Of a stretch of 64,000 bases of DNA, positions 21,125-30,828 are shown one piece after another. Location of the stretch: the IMG/VR virus record IMGVR_UViG_3300028364_000014, positions 1-64,000 of that record; one strand, given 5' to 3'. Under the pieces are notes generated by a model. It was not told where the DNA came from, did not search any database, and worked only from the letters and a program-made list of their open reading frames with translations. Position 1 is the stretch's first letter. Every line of letters begins with the position of its first letter. The translations under genes were made by a program, and so were the position numbers.

Positions 21125-21991
21125 TCAGTTAATTACAAAATTAGTTATTAAATCAAAGCACTCATCTCTATACCAACTTTTATCACTAATACGTAATAAG
21201 TTAATATTATTATCCGCACAAAATATATCCTTAATTTTATCTCTAAAAATCATGTCTTTTCTGGAATGCCAATATTCACCGTCACATTCTATTGCTTTAT
21301 TAATATCCGGCAAATAAATATCAAGCTCTAAATATTTACCAGTTACTTCGTTAAATACTACCTCTCTATTATTATATAAAATATTACCATCATATATATT
21401 TTTTATGTACTCTCTAACGGATTGTTCAAACTTAGAAGTATAATTATTTTGTGAGTAACAAATAAAACATCTATTATTATTATCTTTAAAATTATGAACG
21501 GTCGAATACCATTTATGCCCTTCTGGACATTCTAATAATAATTTACCAACATGCGAATTAATGTAATTTGAACTATCAATTATATTATAATTATAATTAT
21601 TCAAATAAATAGTAAAAATTTTAAGATCATTTATTCGTTTTTTTTCTTGATTTGATTTAGTAATATATTTTTTCTTAATATTACGCTTTTTTTCTGCTTT
21701 TAGATTATTTTTTTTTAATCTGGATTTTTCACATGATAGACTGCCACAAGTAGTCTTATTTTTATAATAAGTAATAAATTCTACACCGCAAAACTTACAA
21801 TTGCGCGTAAATTCTACATAATTATTTCTTTTCCTACTTTGGTTTCTCCATTGAATCTTTTCTCTATCTTGTTTAGCAATATCTTTACAATTATTACAAT
21901 ATTTTTGACTGCCTGAAGTAGGTGTAAAAACCTCATTACAACCCGACATAGTGCATACTTTATCTTTATACATTTTAGTCCTTTTATCCAA
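21125..21991 (-). CDS. Endonuclease of Vsr/DUF559 (EDxHD-like) type with N-terminal Zn motifs
   Basis: LELDIYLPDINKAIECDGEYWHS motif; CPEGH repeat shared with family A HNHs. Confidence 0.75.
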   Translation of the reverse strand: MDKRTKMYKDKVCTMSGCNEVFTPTSGSQKYCNNCKDIAKQDREKIQWRNQSRKRNNYVEFTRNCKFCGVEFITYYKNKTTCGSLSCEKSRLKKNNLKAEKKRNIKKKYITKSNQEKKRINDLKIFTIYLNNYNYNIIDSSNYINSHVGKLLLECPEGHKWYSTVHNFKDNNNRCFICYSQNNYTSKFEQSVREYIKNIYDGNILYNNREVVFNEVTGKYLELDIYLPDINKAIECDGEYWHSRKDMIFRDKIKDIFCADNNINLLRISDKSWYRDECFDLITNFVIN

Positions 21992-22801
21992 TTAACATAC
22001 AAAATTTGCTATATTAATTGTTGTGCAATTATCCCTATGCCCAAATTTGTAATGACAGATACTGCAACAGGCTATTCCATTGTCTGGGTCCAAAGCATAA
22101 AACGATTCTAGTTTTTTTGGTTGTATATGATGTGCGACTGTTGCTTGCTTACCACAATATTCACATACGTACTTAGCTCTTTTAAGTACCTCTTTTGACC
22201 ATATTTGTAATTCATAACTTGTATATTCAATTATATTCCTACTTTTTCTTACATTAAATCCTACTGGATATTTATGTTTATTAAATATACTACAAGATGA
22301 TCTACACCCATCAGAACAATAAAGTTTTGATTCTCTATCTATATTACCTTTTATATATTGTGCACGAGCCTCCACAGAAGTTCTTTTAGCTACAAACCAT
22401 TCACCACATAATGAGCATTTTACTAAAAGAATACCATTATCATTCTTTACCTCTTCTATAGGAAAAATTTGATGAGCATAAGTATCAAATAATGGAATGT
22501 TTTTTTTAATCACACCGCCTTTTGACATTCTTTTTGAAATAGCCTTACACTCTTGTTTTGACTTCTTTACACCAGACATACTTTTTGAAATTTTCTTTTT
22601 TATTGTTTCTGATTGATGAGCACAATTAGCACTACATATTTTTGTAGGATAAGTAGCCCTCATAAAAAATGACTCACCACACACACTACAGGAATTTATA
22701 AATTTATAATACAAACGTTTTCTTCGAAACACATCTCTTTTATATATATAAGAAAAACTATCTAAATTTTCAAGTCCATCATTACCATACTTAATCTTCA
22801 T
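21992..22801 (-). CDS. HNH endonuclease with Zn-binding modules
   Basis: YVCEYCGKQATVAHHIQP...NGIACCSICH; CSLCGEWF and LYCSDGC modules. Confidence 0.8.
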   Translation of the reverse strand: MKIKYGNDGLENLDSFSYIYKRDVFRRKRLYYKFINSCSVCGESFFMRATYPTKICSANCAHQSETIKKKISKSMSGVKKSKQECKAISKRMSKGGVIKKNIPLFDTYAHQIFPIEEVKNDNGILLVKCSLCGEWFVAKRTSVEARAQYIKGNIDRESKLYCSDGCRSSCSIFNKHKYPVGFNVRKSRNIIEYTSYELQIWSKEVLKRAKYVCEYCGKQATVAHHIQPKKLESFYALDPDNGIACCSICHYKFGHRDNCTTINIANFVC

Positions 22802-22884
22802 AACATAATGCCTTTATTTATTTATTAGTATGGGTCCTTAAAAATAATATTCCTAAGGACCCACACCATATTAAAATATTTACA

Positions 22885-23958
22885 TTATAAACTTCTATCT
22901 ATAATACCCATGCCCAGCATTCTCGAATCTAGGCAAGCGAATCCGAGCTCTGCCCAACCAAAGAAACCTTGTTTCTGAACACGAAGAAGAGTGGGATCAT
23001 CATGAGCCTCATATTCTTTACGAATAGGCATAACAAGAGAATCATTAACACTAAGGTCAAACCCCATAATCTGTGTCTCGCCGAGATCACTAATAGTACC
23101 ATCAGCAGCAGTCACATTAGGATTATCAAGTGTATACCCATTATACTGCTCAGTACCAGCAGTGGCCACAAACTTACCATAAGCAGAGGCACTACCATTA
23201 ATGTTATAAAGTCCTGTTGCTCCTAGATGTTGAATCTCATGAAGAGTTACATTCCAAATACTACCCATACCTGACGCCTGAAAAATCTCACGCCTAGTAA
23301 CAGGGTCAATATCAGTGTCAGTCCACTCTCTGATGTCAGCAGCATCCTCTGGGGATACATAAAGATCAGTAAGTGTCCTGCCTGTCCTCTTAAATCCTAC
23401 AATCATCTTATTAATTAATTCCTTAGAAAGATATCCAGCTCCAGCAGCAGAAGGTGCGATCTCATAAAGAGGTGCAGGGCGTGAACCAAGTAGCCCTTTT
23501 CCTGAGAAAGCAGAAGTAGCAGCAGGCATAATAACACGCCAACCACACTCCTCCTCATAATTTGCTAGATCTTTTGCGGCACGCGTTGCTGCTCTTGAGG
23601 CAATATCAATCCTGGAATCCCTTGCGTATGTAATTTTCCAGTCAGCTGCCGCATCAATAGTAAACGTAGGAACGTATACCTCTTCACCAATACCTTCGAT
23701 GAAGTTCTGTGCAACATAACCAAGTCCTGGAAGTACCCATACTGGAATCTCAAAATCTTCTGCGACGGGATAAACCGCCTGAGCGCCCGGGCCTAATCTT
23801 TCCACTGTAAAGAGCTGACGCATAATAGAGTCGAGCTCGATCTTTTGTAGTATTGGAGTTGTTAAAGCAGCTGCAAATGCTCGATAAGCAGCCAAACCTT
23901 CAGGGGTATTAACCTCTGCGGTTGCTCTAAAAAGCTCCATCATTTCCTTTCTTTCCAT
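22885..23958 (-). CDS. Major capsid protein (HK97-like fold)
   Basis: 357 aa after scaffold and decoration genes; C-terminal QKQGFFGWAELGFACLDSR typical of MCP ends; strong GGAGG RBS. Confidence 0.8.
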   Translation of the reverse strand: MERKEMMELFRATAEVNTPEGLAAYRAFAAALTTPILQKIELDSIMRQLFTVERLGPGAQAVYPVAEDFEIPVWVLPGLGYVAQNFIEGIGEEVYVPTFTIDAAADWKITYARDSRIDIASRAATRAAKDLANYEEECGWRVIMPAATSAFSGKGLLGSRPAPLYEIAPSAAGAGYLSKELINKMIVGFKRTGRTLTDLYVSPEDAADIREWTDTDIDPVTRREIFQASGMGSIWNVTLHEIQHLGATGLYNINGSASAYGKFVATAGTEQYNGYTLDNPNVTAADGTISDLGETQIMGFDLSVNDSLVMPIRKEYEAHDDPTLLRVQKQGFFGWAELGFACLDSRMLGMGIIDRSL

Positions 23959-24027
23959 AATTTCCTCCTAAATGTATTATAATAATTTTGGATGTGTATA
24001 TCACATTAATCCAAAGTTTTTTAAAAT

Positions 24028-24651
24028 CTAAACTAAAAGTTTAATTCTAATTGGGTATAGCGTGGTGTTAGCAATATTAGCAGTAGCTTTAGCAGCACTA
24101 GCTCCCTTAACTACTCTAGCAACAACAGTACCAGACGCGCCACTAATAGCTGCGCCAGTTGCTTTGTCAGTAGAACCATCAGATGAACCAACACTCGTTG
24201 TTACTCTTGCTTCATCAGCAGCAGCCCTCAAGGACTCACCTGGCGCTATTGCAGCAACACCATTAAGTGATGTGTAATGCACGGTGTCAAAAATACCGAG
24301 GTGCGCTACACCTACTGGTACCGATTTAGTACCCACAATCGCACCAGTGTTATCATAAACTGGTTGAGATATAGCATCACTGGAACCTAAATCACCTGGC
24401 ATAACAAACCCAGTTGGATGTACACTGTGGTATCCAGCTTTAACTTTTTGCATAAGAAATCCAAACGGTGTTTCTGAAACACTGTGAGCCATTTTTTTTA
24501 CCATTGCTTCTTGGTTAGTTGCGTCAGGATCAAGATACACTACAGAACCGGCATAAGCAATAACACCCCCAACCCCGGCAGCCCCAAAAGAAGCATTCTC
24601 CGCGTAGCTACAAAATTGATTCTCTACAACTGAATGTCTAGGAATAAACAT
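24028..24651 (-). CDS. Putative capsid decoration/cement protein (207 aa)
   Basis: Ala/Gly/Val-rich ORF directly upstream of MCP. Confidence 0.55.
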   Translation of the reverse strand: MFIPRHSVVENQFCSYAENASFGAAGVGGVIAYAGSVVYLDPDATNQEAMVKKMAHSVSETPFGFLMQKVKAGYHSVHPTGFVMPGDLGSSDAISQPVYDNTGAIVGTKSVPVGVAHLGIFDTVHYTSLNGVAAIAPGESLRAAADEARVTTSVGSSDGSTDKATGAAISGASGTVVARVVKGASAAKATANIANTTLYPIRIKLLV

Positions 24652-24689
24652 ACTTTATTTCCTCCTTATTAATTTCAATATTTATTTAT

Positions 24690-25397
24690 TTATTTATCAG
24701 TCTTAGTCATACTAGCAGCCATGGCTTTACCCATATTAGCGTACTTAGTCAACATATCATCTGATGGTTTACTTTCAAAATTCATTGCAGCAGCCATACT
24801 CTGTCCAGGAGTAATTTTAGCTGGAGGAGTCTTTACGTCTTTATTAGACGCAGTTTCTTTCCCAGAAGTACCCTCTTCTTTGTCAGAAGCAGGCTCTTGT
24901 TTAGAAGCAGCCTCTAGCTCTGCAGATACAGCATTACGAAGTTCTACACGGTCAGCCTTATAAGATGCAAACTCTTCATCAGTAAGTTCCTTAACTTTGG
25001 CGGTCTGTGTTTTAAGATCAGACAAAATAGCTACCTTCTCTTCTTTGAGTTCAGTCATTCTAGACTCAGCTACCCTATCTTTTTCTATACTCTCCAGTGC
25101 TTCTTTGGTTTCTACAAGAGAAGCCTCTAATTCCGTTACTTTTAACTGTGCCGCCTCAAGCTCAGTAGTAAGTTCGGAAATTTTAGTATCTTTCTCAGCA
25201 GTAAGTGTCTTAGAAGATACATTAGCTTCTTCTAGCTCAATCACTTTTGCTTCCAGTGACTGAGTAAGTGTTTCGATTGTTTCAGCAGACTCATTGAGTG
25301 CATCCTGTGTTTTTTGTACTTGTCCAGCCCTTTCTTTATCAGAAAAGATTTCTGTTACAATAGCTTCAATGTCTTGCTTTAATGTGTCTTTATCCAT
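24690..25397 (-). CDS. Putative capsid scaffolding protein
   Basis: Long acidic coiled coil, low-complexity linker and conserved-looking C-terminus; lies between protease and MCP. Confidence 0.65.
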   Translation of the reverse strand: MDKDTLKQDIEAIVTEIFSDKERAGQVQKTQDALNESAETIETLTQSLEAKVIELEEANVSSKTLTAEKDTKISELTTELEAAQLKVTELEASLVETKEALESIEKDRVAESRMTELKEEKVAILSDLKTQTAKVKELTDEEFASYKADRVELRNAVSAELEAASKQEPASDKEEGTSGKETASNKDVKTPPAKITPGQSMAAAMNFESKPSDDMLTKYANMGKAMAASMTKTDK

Positions 25398-25526
25398 TAA
25401 GGTATTTCCTCCTTATAAATTGTTTTTTTTGTTATTAACTTTTGTTTACTCATTTTGGCTACCAACCTATTTTAGTAAAAATTTTAATACCCTTTTCCGC
25501 AATAGTTAATAAGCTATTTTAATTAA

Positions 25527-25955
25527 TTATGGGTAACTCTGTGATGGTGCTCCAGTACCTCTAGTACTAAGTGTGCTTACATCAATTTTTGGTCCTAACA
25601 TAAACTGTAAATTAAAATCTACATCTGCATCGGCTTTTACACTGGCCATTTTAATTTCGATTGTGTTAGCTTCAGTATCAAAAGCCACCCAATGATCTGA
25701 GCCTGCATTAGTTGTAGGTGTAGCTGTTACACTAGCGTAAGCAGCCAAGTCCATATCATAGAACTTAACCCCACTAGCAACAGTAACAGAGGTAGTACCA
25801 CTTGCAACAGTAGCAGTAGCAGACCACATAAACGGTACATTATGGTTATTACCCATATTCTTGAATACAGTAGCAGAATTTGCTGAGCTTGTAATCTTTA
25901 CCTGTCTAGGTGTGCTGTTTAAAGAACCTGTTTGTGCTTGTCCTAAATCTGGCAT
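25527..25955 (-). CDS. Virion structural protein (142 aa, beta-rich)
   Basis: Thr/Ala/Ser-rich; head module position. Confidence 0.5.
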   Translation of the reverse strand: MPDLGQAQTGSLNSTPRQVKITSSANSATVFKNMGNNHNVPFMWSATATVASGTTSVTVASGVKFYDMDLAAYASVTATPTTNAGSDHWVAFDTEANTIEIKMASVKADADVDFNLQFMLGPKIDVSTLSTRGTGAPSQSYP

Positions 25956-27118
25956 TAGTTTTCCTCCTTATTTTTGTCAGTAAAAACTTTTTTGGCATTA
26001 ACCAATGCTTTTTCTAATCTTAACAAACATCTCGAACTTTCTTTACTATCGAGTTCAAATTGTTTACCAGCTAGAAGCTTCTTTGTATAAGATGACGCCG
26101 TAAATTCTGCAATAAACCTGAGACAGCGCGGGTCAAGCGCATCTCTTGTATCAGAAGTACACGGAGAATCAAACAAAGTACAGTAGTTTTCAGCCAAAAC
26201 AACATCGTGCTTATCAGTGAGACGTTTTTTGTAATTTATACAAATACCCACTGTATCATCATAATTTAAATTAGAGTTTTCTTTTTTATCTTCTATACTT
26301 TGGGAGGTTACATTAATACCCTCAACTTTTTTATCAATAACAGGTGTGACAACTTCTTCTTTTGTAGAACTATTTTCTACTAAATCAAGATCAAATATAA
26401 TCGGTTTAATATCATCATCAGACGCGGTTTCTAAAATAACACTCGGAGGATTAGCTGGATTTTTAACAATCCCGCACCCAGAGAAACATATCCCTCTAAG
26501 TACTCTAGCTACAGTGCCTTCGGCTACCTCTTTACCACCTTTCATTATCTTTGCTGATTTTCCAAAAATACTTTCATCAGATAACTCAATACCTAAAGAG
26601 TTTGCTACAGACTTTGGTATAATCATATCACCTACTTTAATATCAAAGTCTTTAAAATAACATTCCATAGATACCTTCCATTCATTATTAGCAATTTCTT
26701 TTGCTATGTCTGGAAATCTATTTTTATAAACAATAGAACCTATTTGTATATGCATATCCTTAGTATCTAAAGTTGCAGTCTCAGTAGAGGACAACTCAGT
26801 AAGGTCAAGTGCTTTATGCTGATCATCAGTAAAAGCATGAGAATATAAATGACCAATAATCTCAGTCTCTTCATGTTCCACATCTAGTGCTTTACTAACA
26901 ATAGTATTAGCAGCGGCTACTAGCTCTGACCCTAAGAAAAAAGCATGGTTAAGGTTTTCACCTGAGCTAACAAGAATGGCAGAAAAATAAGAAAGGTCGG
27001 GTTGTTTCTCACCAGGACCTGGTAAATTGATTACAGAAGCCACCTCCTTCTTTAATTCCTCTGTTTCCTCATCCATGTCAATACTAGCTGTTAAATAAAA
27101 TTTATACTTATCTTCCAT
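25955..27118 (-). CDS. Putative prohead maturation protease
   Basis: WKVSMEC (candidate catalytic Ser) and FSGCGIVKNPANPPSVI motifs; position between portal and scaffold. Confidence 0.65.
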   Translation of the reverse strand: MEDKYKFYLTASIDMDEETEELKKEVASVINLPGPGEKQPDLSYFSAILVSSGENLNHAFFLGSELVAAANTIVSKALDVEHEETEIIGHLYSHAFTDDQHKALDLTELSSTETATLDTKDMHIQIGSIVYKNRFPDIAKEIANNEWKVSMECYFKDFDIKVGDMIIPKSVANSLGIELSDESIFGKSAKIMKGGKEVAEGTVARVLRGICFSGCGIVKNPANPPSVILETASDDDIKPIIFDLDLVENSSTKEEVVTPVIDKKVEGINVTSQSIEDKKENSNLNYDDTVGICINYKKRLTDKHDVVLAENYCTLFDSPCTSDTRDALDPRCLRFIAEFTASSYTKKLLAGKQFELDSKESSRCLLRLEKALVNAKKVFTDKNKEEN

Positions 27119-27304
27119 TATCCTCTCCTAGTAATTATTTATTCTATTTATTTCCATACTTCTCTCTTAATATCTCAAGAGCGCTATAAAAATCATAACC
27201 ATTCATAATCAATTCTTTCATTTCATTATAAAACGCCACATAGTCTATATCAAAAGTCATTAATATTCTCCGTGAGTTTTTATTTATTATGAATCAACTA
27301 ATTA

Positions 27305-27958
27305 TTACTGACTTGCTTTTATATTATCTATTCTTTGGCATTTAAATCCTCTGTGGTGATTTCTACCATAAAGTGCTACCAATCTCATTCCTGAATCATT
27401 TAAATTATTCTCTCTACAAAAAGCACTTAAGTTTTTTATTACCTTATGAGTACCGTTAGGATACACTACATCCCAATACTTACTTTTTGATGCTACTACA
27501 TTAGCCACATGAGCTTTTGATTTTTTAACCCCACGACGCATAGTTGATAATTTTTTCTTAAATTCTTCAGACATTTTTTTACCAGTTTTAGCTTTGGAAA
27601 TTTTACATTTAGTACTTTCCTTACATATTCTTCCTACAGTACCTTCACCACCTAAAGTCATATTATACCCGTTTTTATATGTATCATAATACTCGATGTA
27701 GTACACCTCTTTCTTGTCTAACTCAGCCTTTCTATTACAAGAACATAGAATTTGCCAAACAAAATTAGTTTCCCCGTATTTATTAATTGCCCTATGAAAA
27801 TGAGTTTTTATATTTGATCTTGTAGCCAGATTTAAATGTTTAATTTTTCTTTTATTCAAAGAATGGATAGTTTGTCCTATATAAGCTTTATTATTTATCA
27901 TATTAGTTACTTTATAAACAATACCGTCTACTTTTATATTTGAATCATATTTATACAT
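27305..27958 (-). CDS. GIY-YIG homing endonuclease with NUMOD3 repeats
   Basis: GIVYKVTNMINNKAYIGQT; E-containing KKEVYYIEYY; GYNMTLGGEG; NUMOD3-like KCKISKAKTGKKMSEE. Confidence 0.9.
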   Translation of the reverse strand: MYKYDSNIKVDGIVYKVTNMINNKAYIGQTIHSLNKRKIKHLNLATRSNIKTHFHRAINKYGETNFVWQILCSCNRKAELDKKEVYYIEYYDTYKNGYNMTLGGEGTVGRICKESTKCKISKAKTGKKMSEEFKKKLSTMRRGVKKSKAHVANVVASKSKYWDVVYPNGTHKVIKNLSAFCRENNLNDSGMRLVALYGRNHHRGFKCQRIDNIKASQ

Positions 27959-28136
27959 ATGACACCGCTTTTATATTATACCTATTCTTAAGCACCACCC
28001 GATGCCAACCTTTATGCCCCTTCTGACAAATACAATCTAATTTATAACCATTATTGACATACTCTTTACTAAGTAAAGTATAATCTTCTGAATCAAATGA
28101 CTCTTTAACAAATGCATATGTAAGTCTCTTACTCAT
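27951..28136 (-). pseudogene. Internally deleted remnant of a family A HNH endonuclease
   Basis: First CQKGH repeat fused directly to the family A C-terminal tail (W..VLKNRYNI); nuclease core absent. Confidence 0.65.
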
Positions 28137-30108
28137 ACCTAACTACCTCTACAGCTTCCAAAAATTCTGCGTATTCTGTATCATCTAAAACACTTCTTGC
28201 GCCACCCAGAAAAGCCGAATACTGTTCATCATCCATAACACTTATATCCCCAATAGCCGCTGTCTTTTTTGGTTTAGTAGGCTTACTACCAGGTTGTTTG
28301 TCTGGGTTTGTATTAGGTTTTTTCTTTGTCTTTGTTTCACCAGCCGGTCTTCCTTTACTAGGTGTTCCTGTAGGTGATTTTTGCTTAGGCTGAACTCCTG
28401 GACCATCTACTGCTTTTTGAAACGGGCTGCCAATTATACCAAAAATACCACCTTCTACTAAAGGCAACTCTGTTTGCATATTCTTTAATTCATTATCGTA
28501 ATCAAACCCTAAGGCCTCTAAGGCTGTTTGATATGACAACATCCTTCTATCGACTAGCGAACTCAATGTGCTCATATATAATACCTCATCACGTAACACA
28601 CTATCGTCCCAACGTATTTTAGGAAAACGATCAAAACCCATTGCCTCTGCTATTTGTCTATATTCCTTATAAATCCATTTCTCTACTTGCCGACGGGCAT
28701 AATGAATCTCCTCCATTAGACCTTTAGTAAGTAAATTTACTTCTGCTGCATTGATATCCCCTGTTCCATCTATTATGGCACGAGTTACAGCAAGACCTGC
28801 TGTCATATCCTCGTTTACCTGTTTGTACTTATCTTGCCCTAAAATAGCTTCAATCTCGGGCGAAACTATTTTTTGAATATCCAGTGTATGGTTCCATACC
28901 ACATCAAATGCTTTTGATGGACTATTAAATAACTGAGCAACTGTCTCTAATTCTTGCTGACTAACGACTGGGTACTCATCATTACCTATGGTAATCTTTA
29001 GAATATAATTAGAAATACCATCAAGTGTACTTACATCAGCCTCTTGTAGTGATTGTTTATATTTTATAGTATCCAATATCCTAGTTACCCTAGGTCTTGC
29101 ATAACGTTCATAAGGCTGTTTTCTATAAGTAACCATTCCCACAAGTCTCGAATCTAGTTGAAACTCACCGCCTTGCTCTGCTGCAGATTTAATCTCTTTA
29201 GGTAGTGACTTAATTAGTTCTTTTTCTTCTTCTGTTAGTTCTCCAGAAGCTTTTTGTAATAACTGACCTAGCTCTTGTGGGGGAGTTAATTTTACAGCTA
29301 CTTTATCAAATAAAAGGTTACCTTCTATATTAACTAGTTGATGATTTAAAACTGTGTATGAGGAGGGAAGAAATCCTTTGGACCATATATTTTTTTTGGC
29401 GGCTTTTTCAACCTCCATTAACTGCTCAAAAGAAGCACCTTTTTTCTTAGCAGACTCGACAAGCTTTGCCACTTCCGCATCTTTTTCATCTTCAAATTCA
29501 GCATGTAATTTATGAAGCCTGACAGTTTCTGAAGCAGAGTCGCCTTTTTTAGTCTTCTGCCCTGGTACGGGTGATAAAAAAGATACTCTAGGTTCATACT
29601 TAGATAAAACTTTATAAGTTACAACATGTCCTATCTTAAAAAAATCAAGAAAAATCCACTCTAGTACTTCTTTAAAATCTACATCAAATGTCCAGGTATC
29701 ATAAAACTGTTTGATATTCTCATCATCAATATCATTTTCAAACCCTTTCATTGACAAAGAGGCTAAGGCGTTTGTAGCAGAACCAACCAATGGATCAGTG
29801 TAATAATGTTTTTCTGCTTGTTTATATAGTGTTTTAGGGTCTTCGTCATAAGGATTTTTACTCAGGGCTAAATCCAAAGTTTGCCGTGAAGTATAGTCTC
29901 TATTTATAGTTGCAGCAGATTCAAGCCTAGGTTTAATAGCCATACCAGGTTTATCTAATATAGCTAGATTACGTTTATTTGGTTTGAGCATAAAAACAGA
30001 TTGACCAGTCTCTCTATTTATCTCTAGAGATTCTATACCAGCATCTGGGTATCTATTTTGTAGATCAGAAGTTAGTTTATTTATATCTATTATATTATCA
30101 TCTGCCAT
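28129..30108 (-). CDS. Portal protein
   Basis: 659 aa between terminase and protease; helical core with Pro/Lys-rich C-terminal extension. Confidence 0.7.
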   Translation of the reverse strand: MADDNIIDINKLTSDLQNRYPDAGIESLEINRETGQSVFMLKPNKRNLAILDKPGMAIKPRLESAATINRDYTSRQTLDLALSKNPYDEDPKTLYKQAEKHYYTDPLVGSATNALASLSMKGFENDIDDENIKQFYDTWTFDVDFKEVLEWIFLDFFKIGHVVTYKVLSKYEPRVSFLSPVPGQKTKKGDSASETVRLHKLHAEFEDEKDAEVAKLVESAKKKGASFEQLMEVEKAAKKNIWSKGFLPSSYTVLNHQLVNIEGNLLFDKVAVKLTPPQELGQLLQKASGELTEEEKELIKSLPKEIKSAAEQGGEFQLDSRLVGMVTYRKQPYERYARPRVTRILDTIKYKQSLQEADVSTLDGISNYILKITIGNDEYPVVSQQELETVAQLFNSPSKAFDVVWNHTLDIQKIVSPEIEAILGQDKYKQVNEDMTAGLAVTRAIIDGTGDINAAEVNLLTKGLMEEIHYARRQVEKWIYKEYRQIAEAMGFDRFPKIRWDDSVLRDEVLYMSTLSSLVDRRMLSYQTALEALGFDYDNELKNMQTELPLVEGGIFGIIGSPFQKAVDGPGVQPKQKSPTGTPSKGRPAGETKTKKKPNTNPDKQPGSKPTKPKKTAAIGDISVMDDEQYSAFLGGARSVLDDTEYAEFLEAVEVVRYE

Positions 30109-30118
30109 TTAATAACCT

Positions 30119-30328
30119 TTATCCTTTTAAAATACTACCAGGAGTACCTGATACTGTAGCTACAGAATCAGTAGATAATATCCATTTAGTAACATCTTTT
30201 CTTCCTATTATATCATCCATTGTCCAAGTAGCCTTACCAGATCTACTTTTGGTATAGTCAGCAGGCATATTATTTATCCACCAAGGTGTACCAATAGCTT
30301 CACCTCTATTTTCTTCTGACATATTCAA
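30119..30328 (-). CDS. Hypothetical protein (69 aa)
   Basis: ORF with AGGAGG RBS. Confidence 0.55.
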   Translation of the reverse strand: MNMSEENRGEAIGTPWWINNMPADYTKSRSGKATWTMDDIIGRKDVTKWILSTDSVATVSGTPGSILKG

Positions 30329-30436
30329 TCCTCCTATTATTAAAAGTGGGTACCTGGGTAATCAAAAGCTTTATTTATTTTTTTACCATGTACCAAGGCC
30401 CCACTATATAAATACTCTAATTATTACAGAGGTTAG

Positions 30437-30814
30437 TTAATTATTACCTGTTAAATCTTTTTTAATTTGCTCAACAAGCTCAGTAAAACCAAAACCTTTA
30501 CTCAATACCTTATCAAATCCAGCTACTGACGGTTCTATAGAATCAAATATATTAGAATAACCAGTCATAGCATAAATCTTAGCATCTTTAAATTTCTTCC
30601 TAAAAACTACACCTAAATCAACACCAGATAGTTCCTTACTTCTTAAATTAATGTCTACTATAAAAATATCAAAAGACATAGTCTCTATTAACTGCAGCGC
30701 TTCTTCTCCGGTTGTAGCTATTTTATAAGAGTAAGGAGATAGTGCCATAATAGCTCTATATACTGATATTATATTTTTATCATCGTCGATAAATAAAATA
30801 TTATAATTTTCCAT
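30437..30814 (-). CDS. Single-domain response regulator receiver (CheY-like)
   Basis: ILFIDDD acidic pocket, FIVD phosphoacceptor, AMTG, VLSKGF conserved Lys. Confidence 0.88.
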   Translation of the reverse strand: MENYNILFIDDDKNIISVYRAIMALSPYSYKIATTGEEALQLIETMSFDIFIVDINLRSKELSGVDLGVVFRKKFKDAKIYAMTGYSNIFDSIEPSVAGFDKVLSKGFGFTELVEQIKKDLTGNN

Positions 30815-30828
30815 TATAAACTTCCCCC

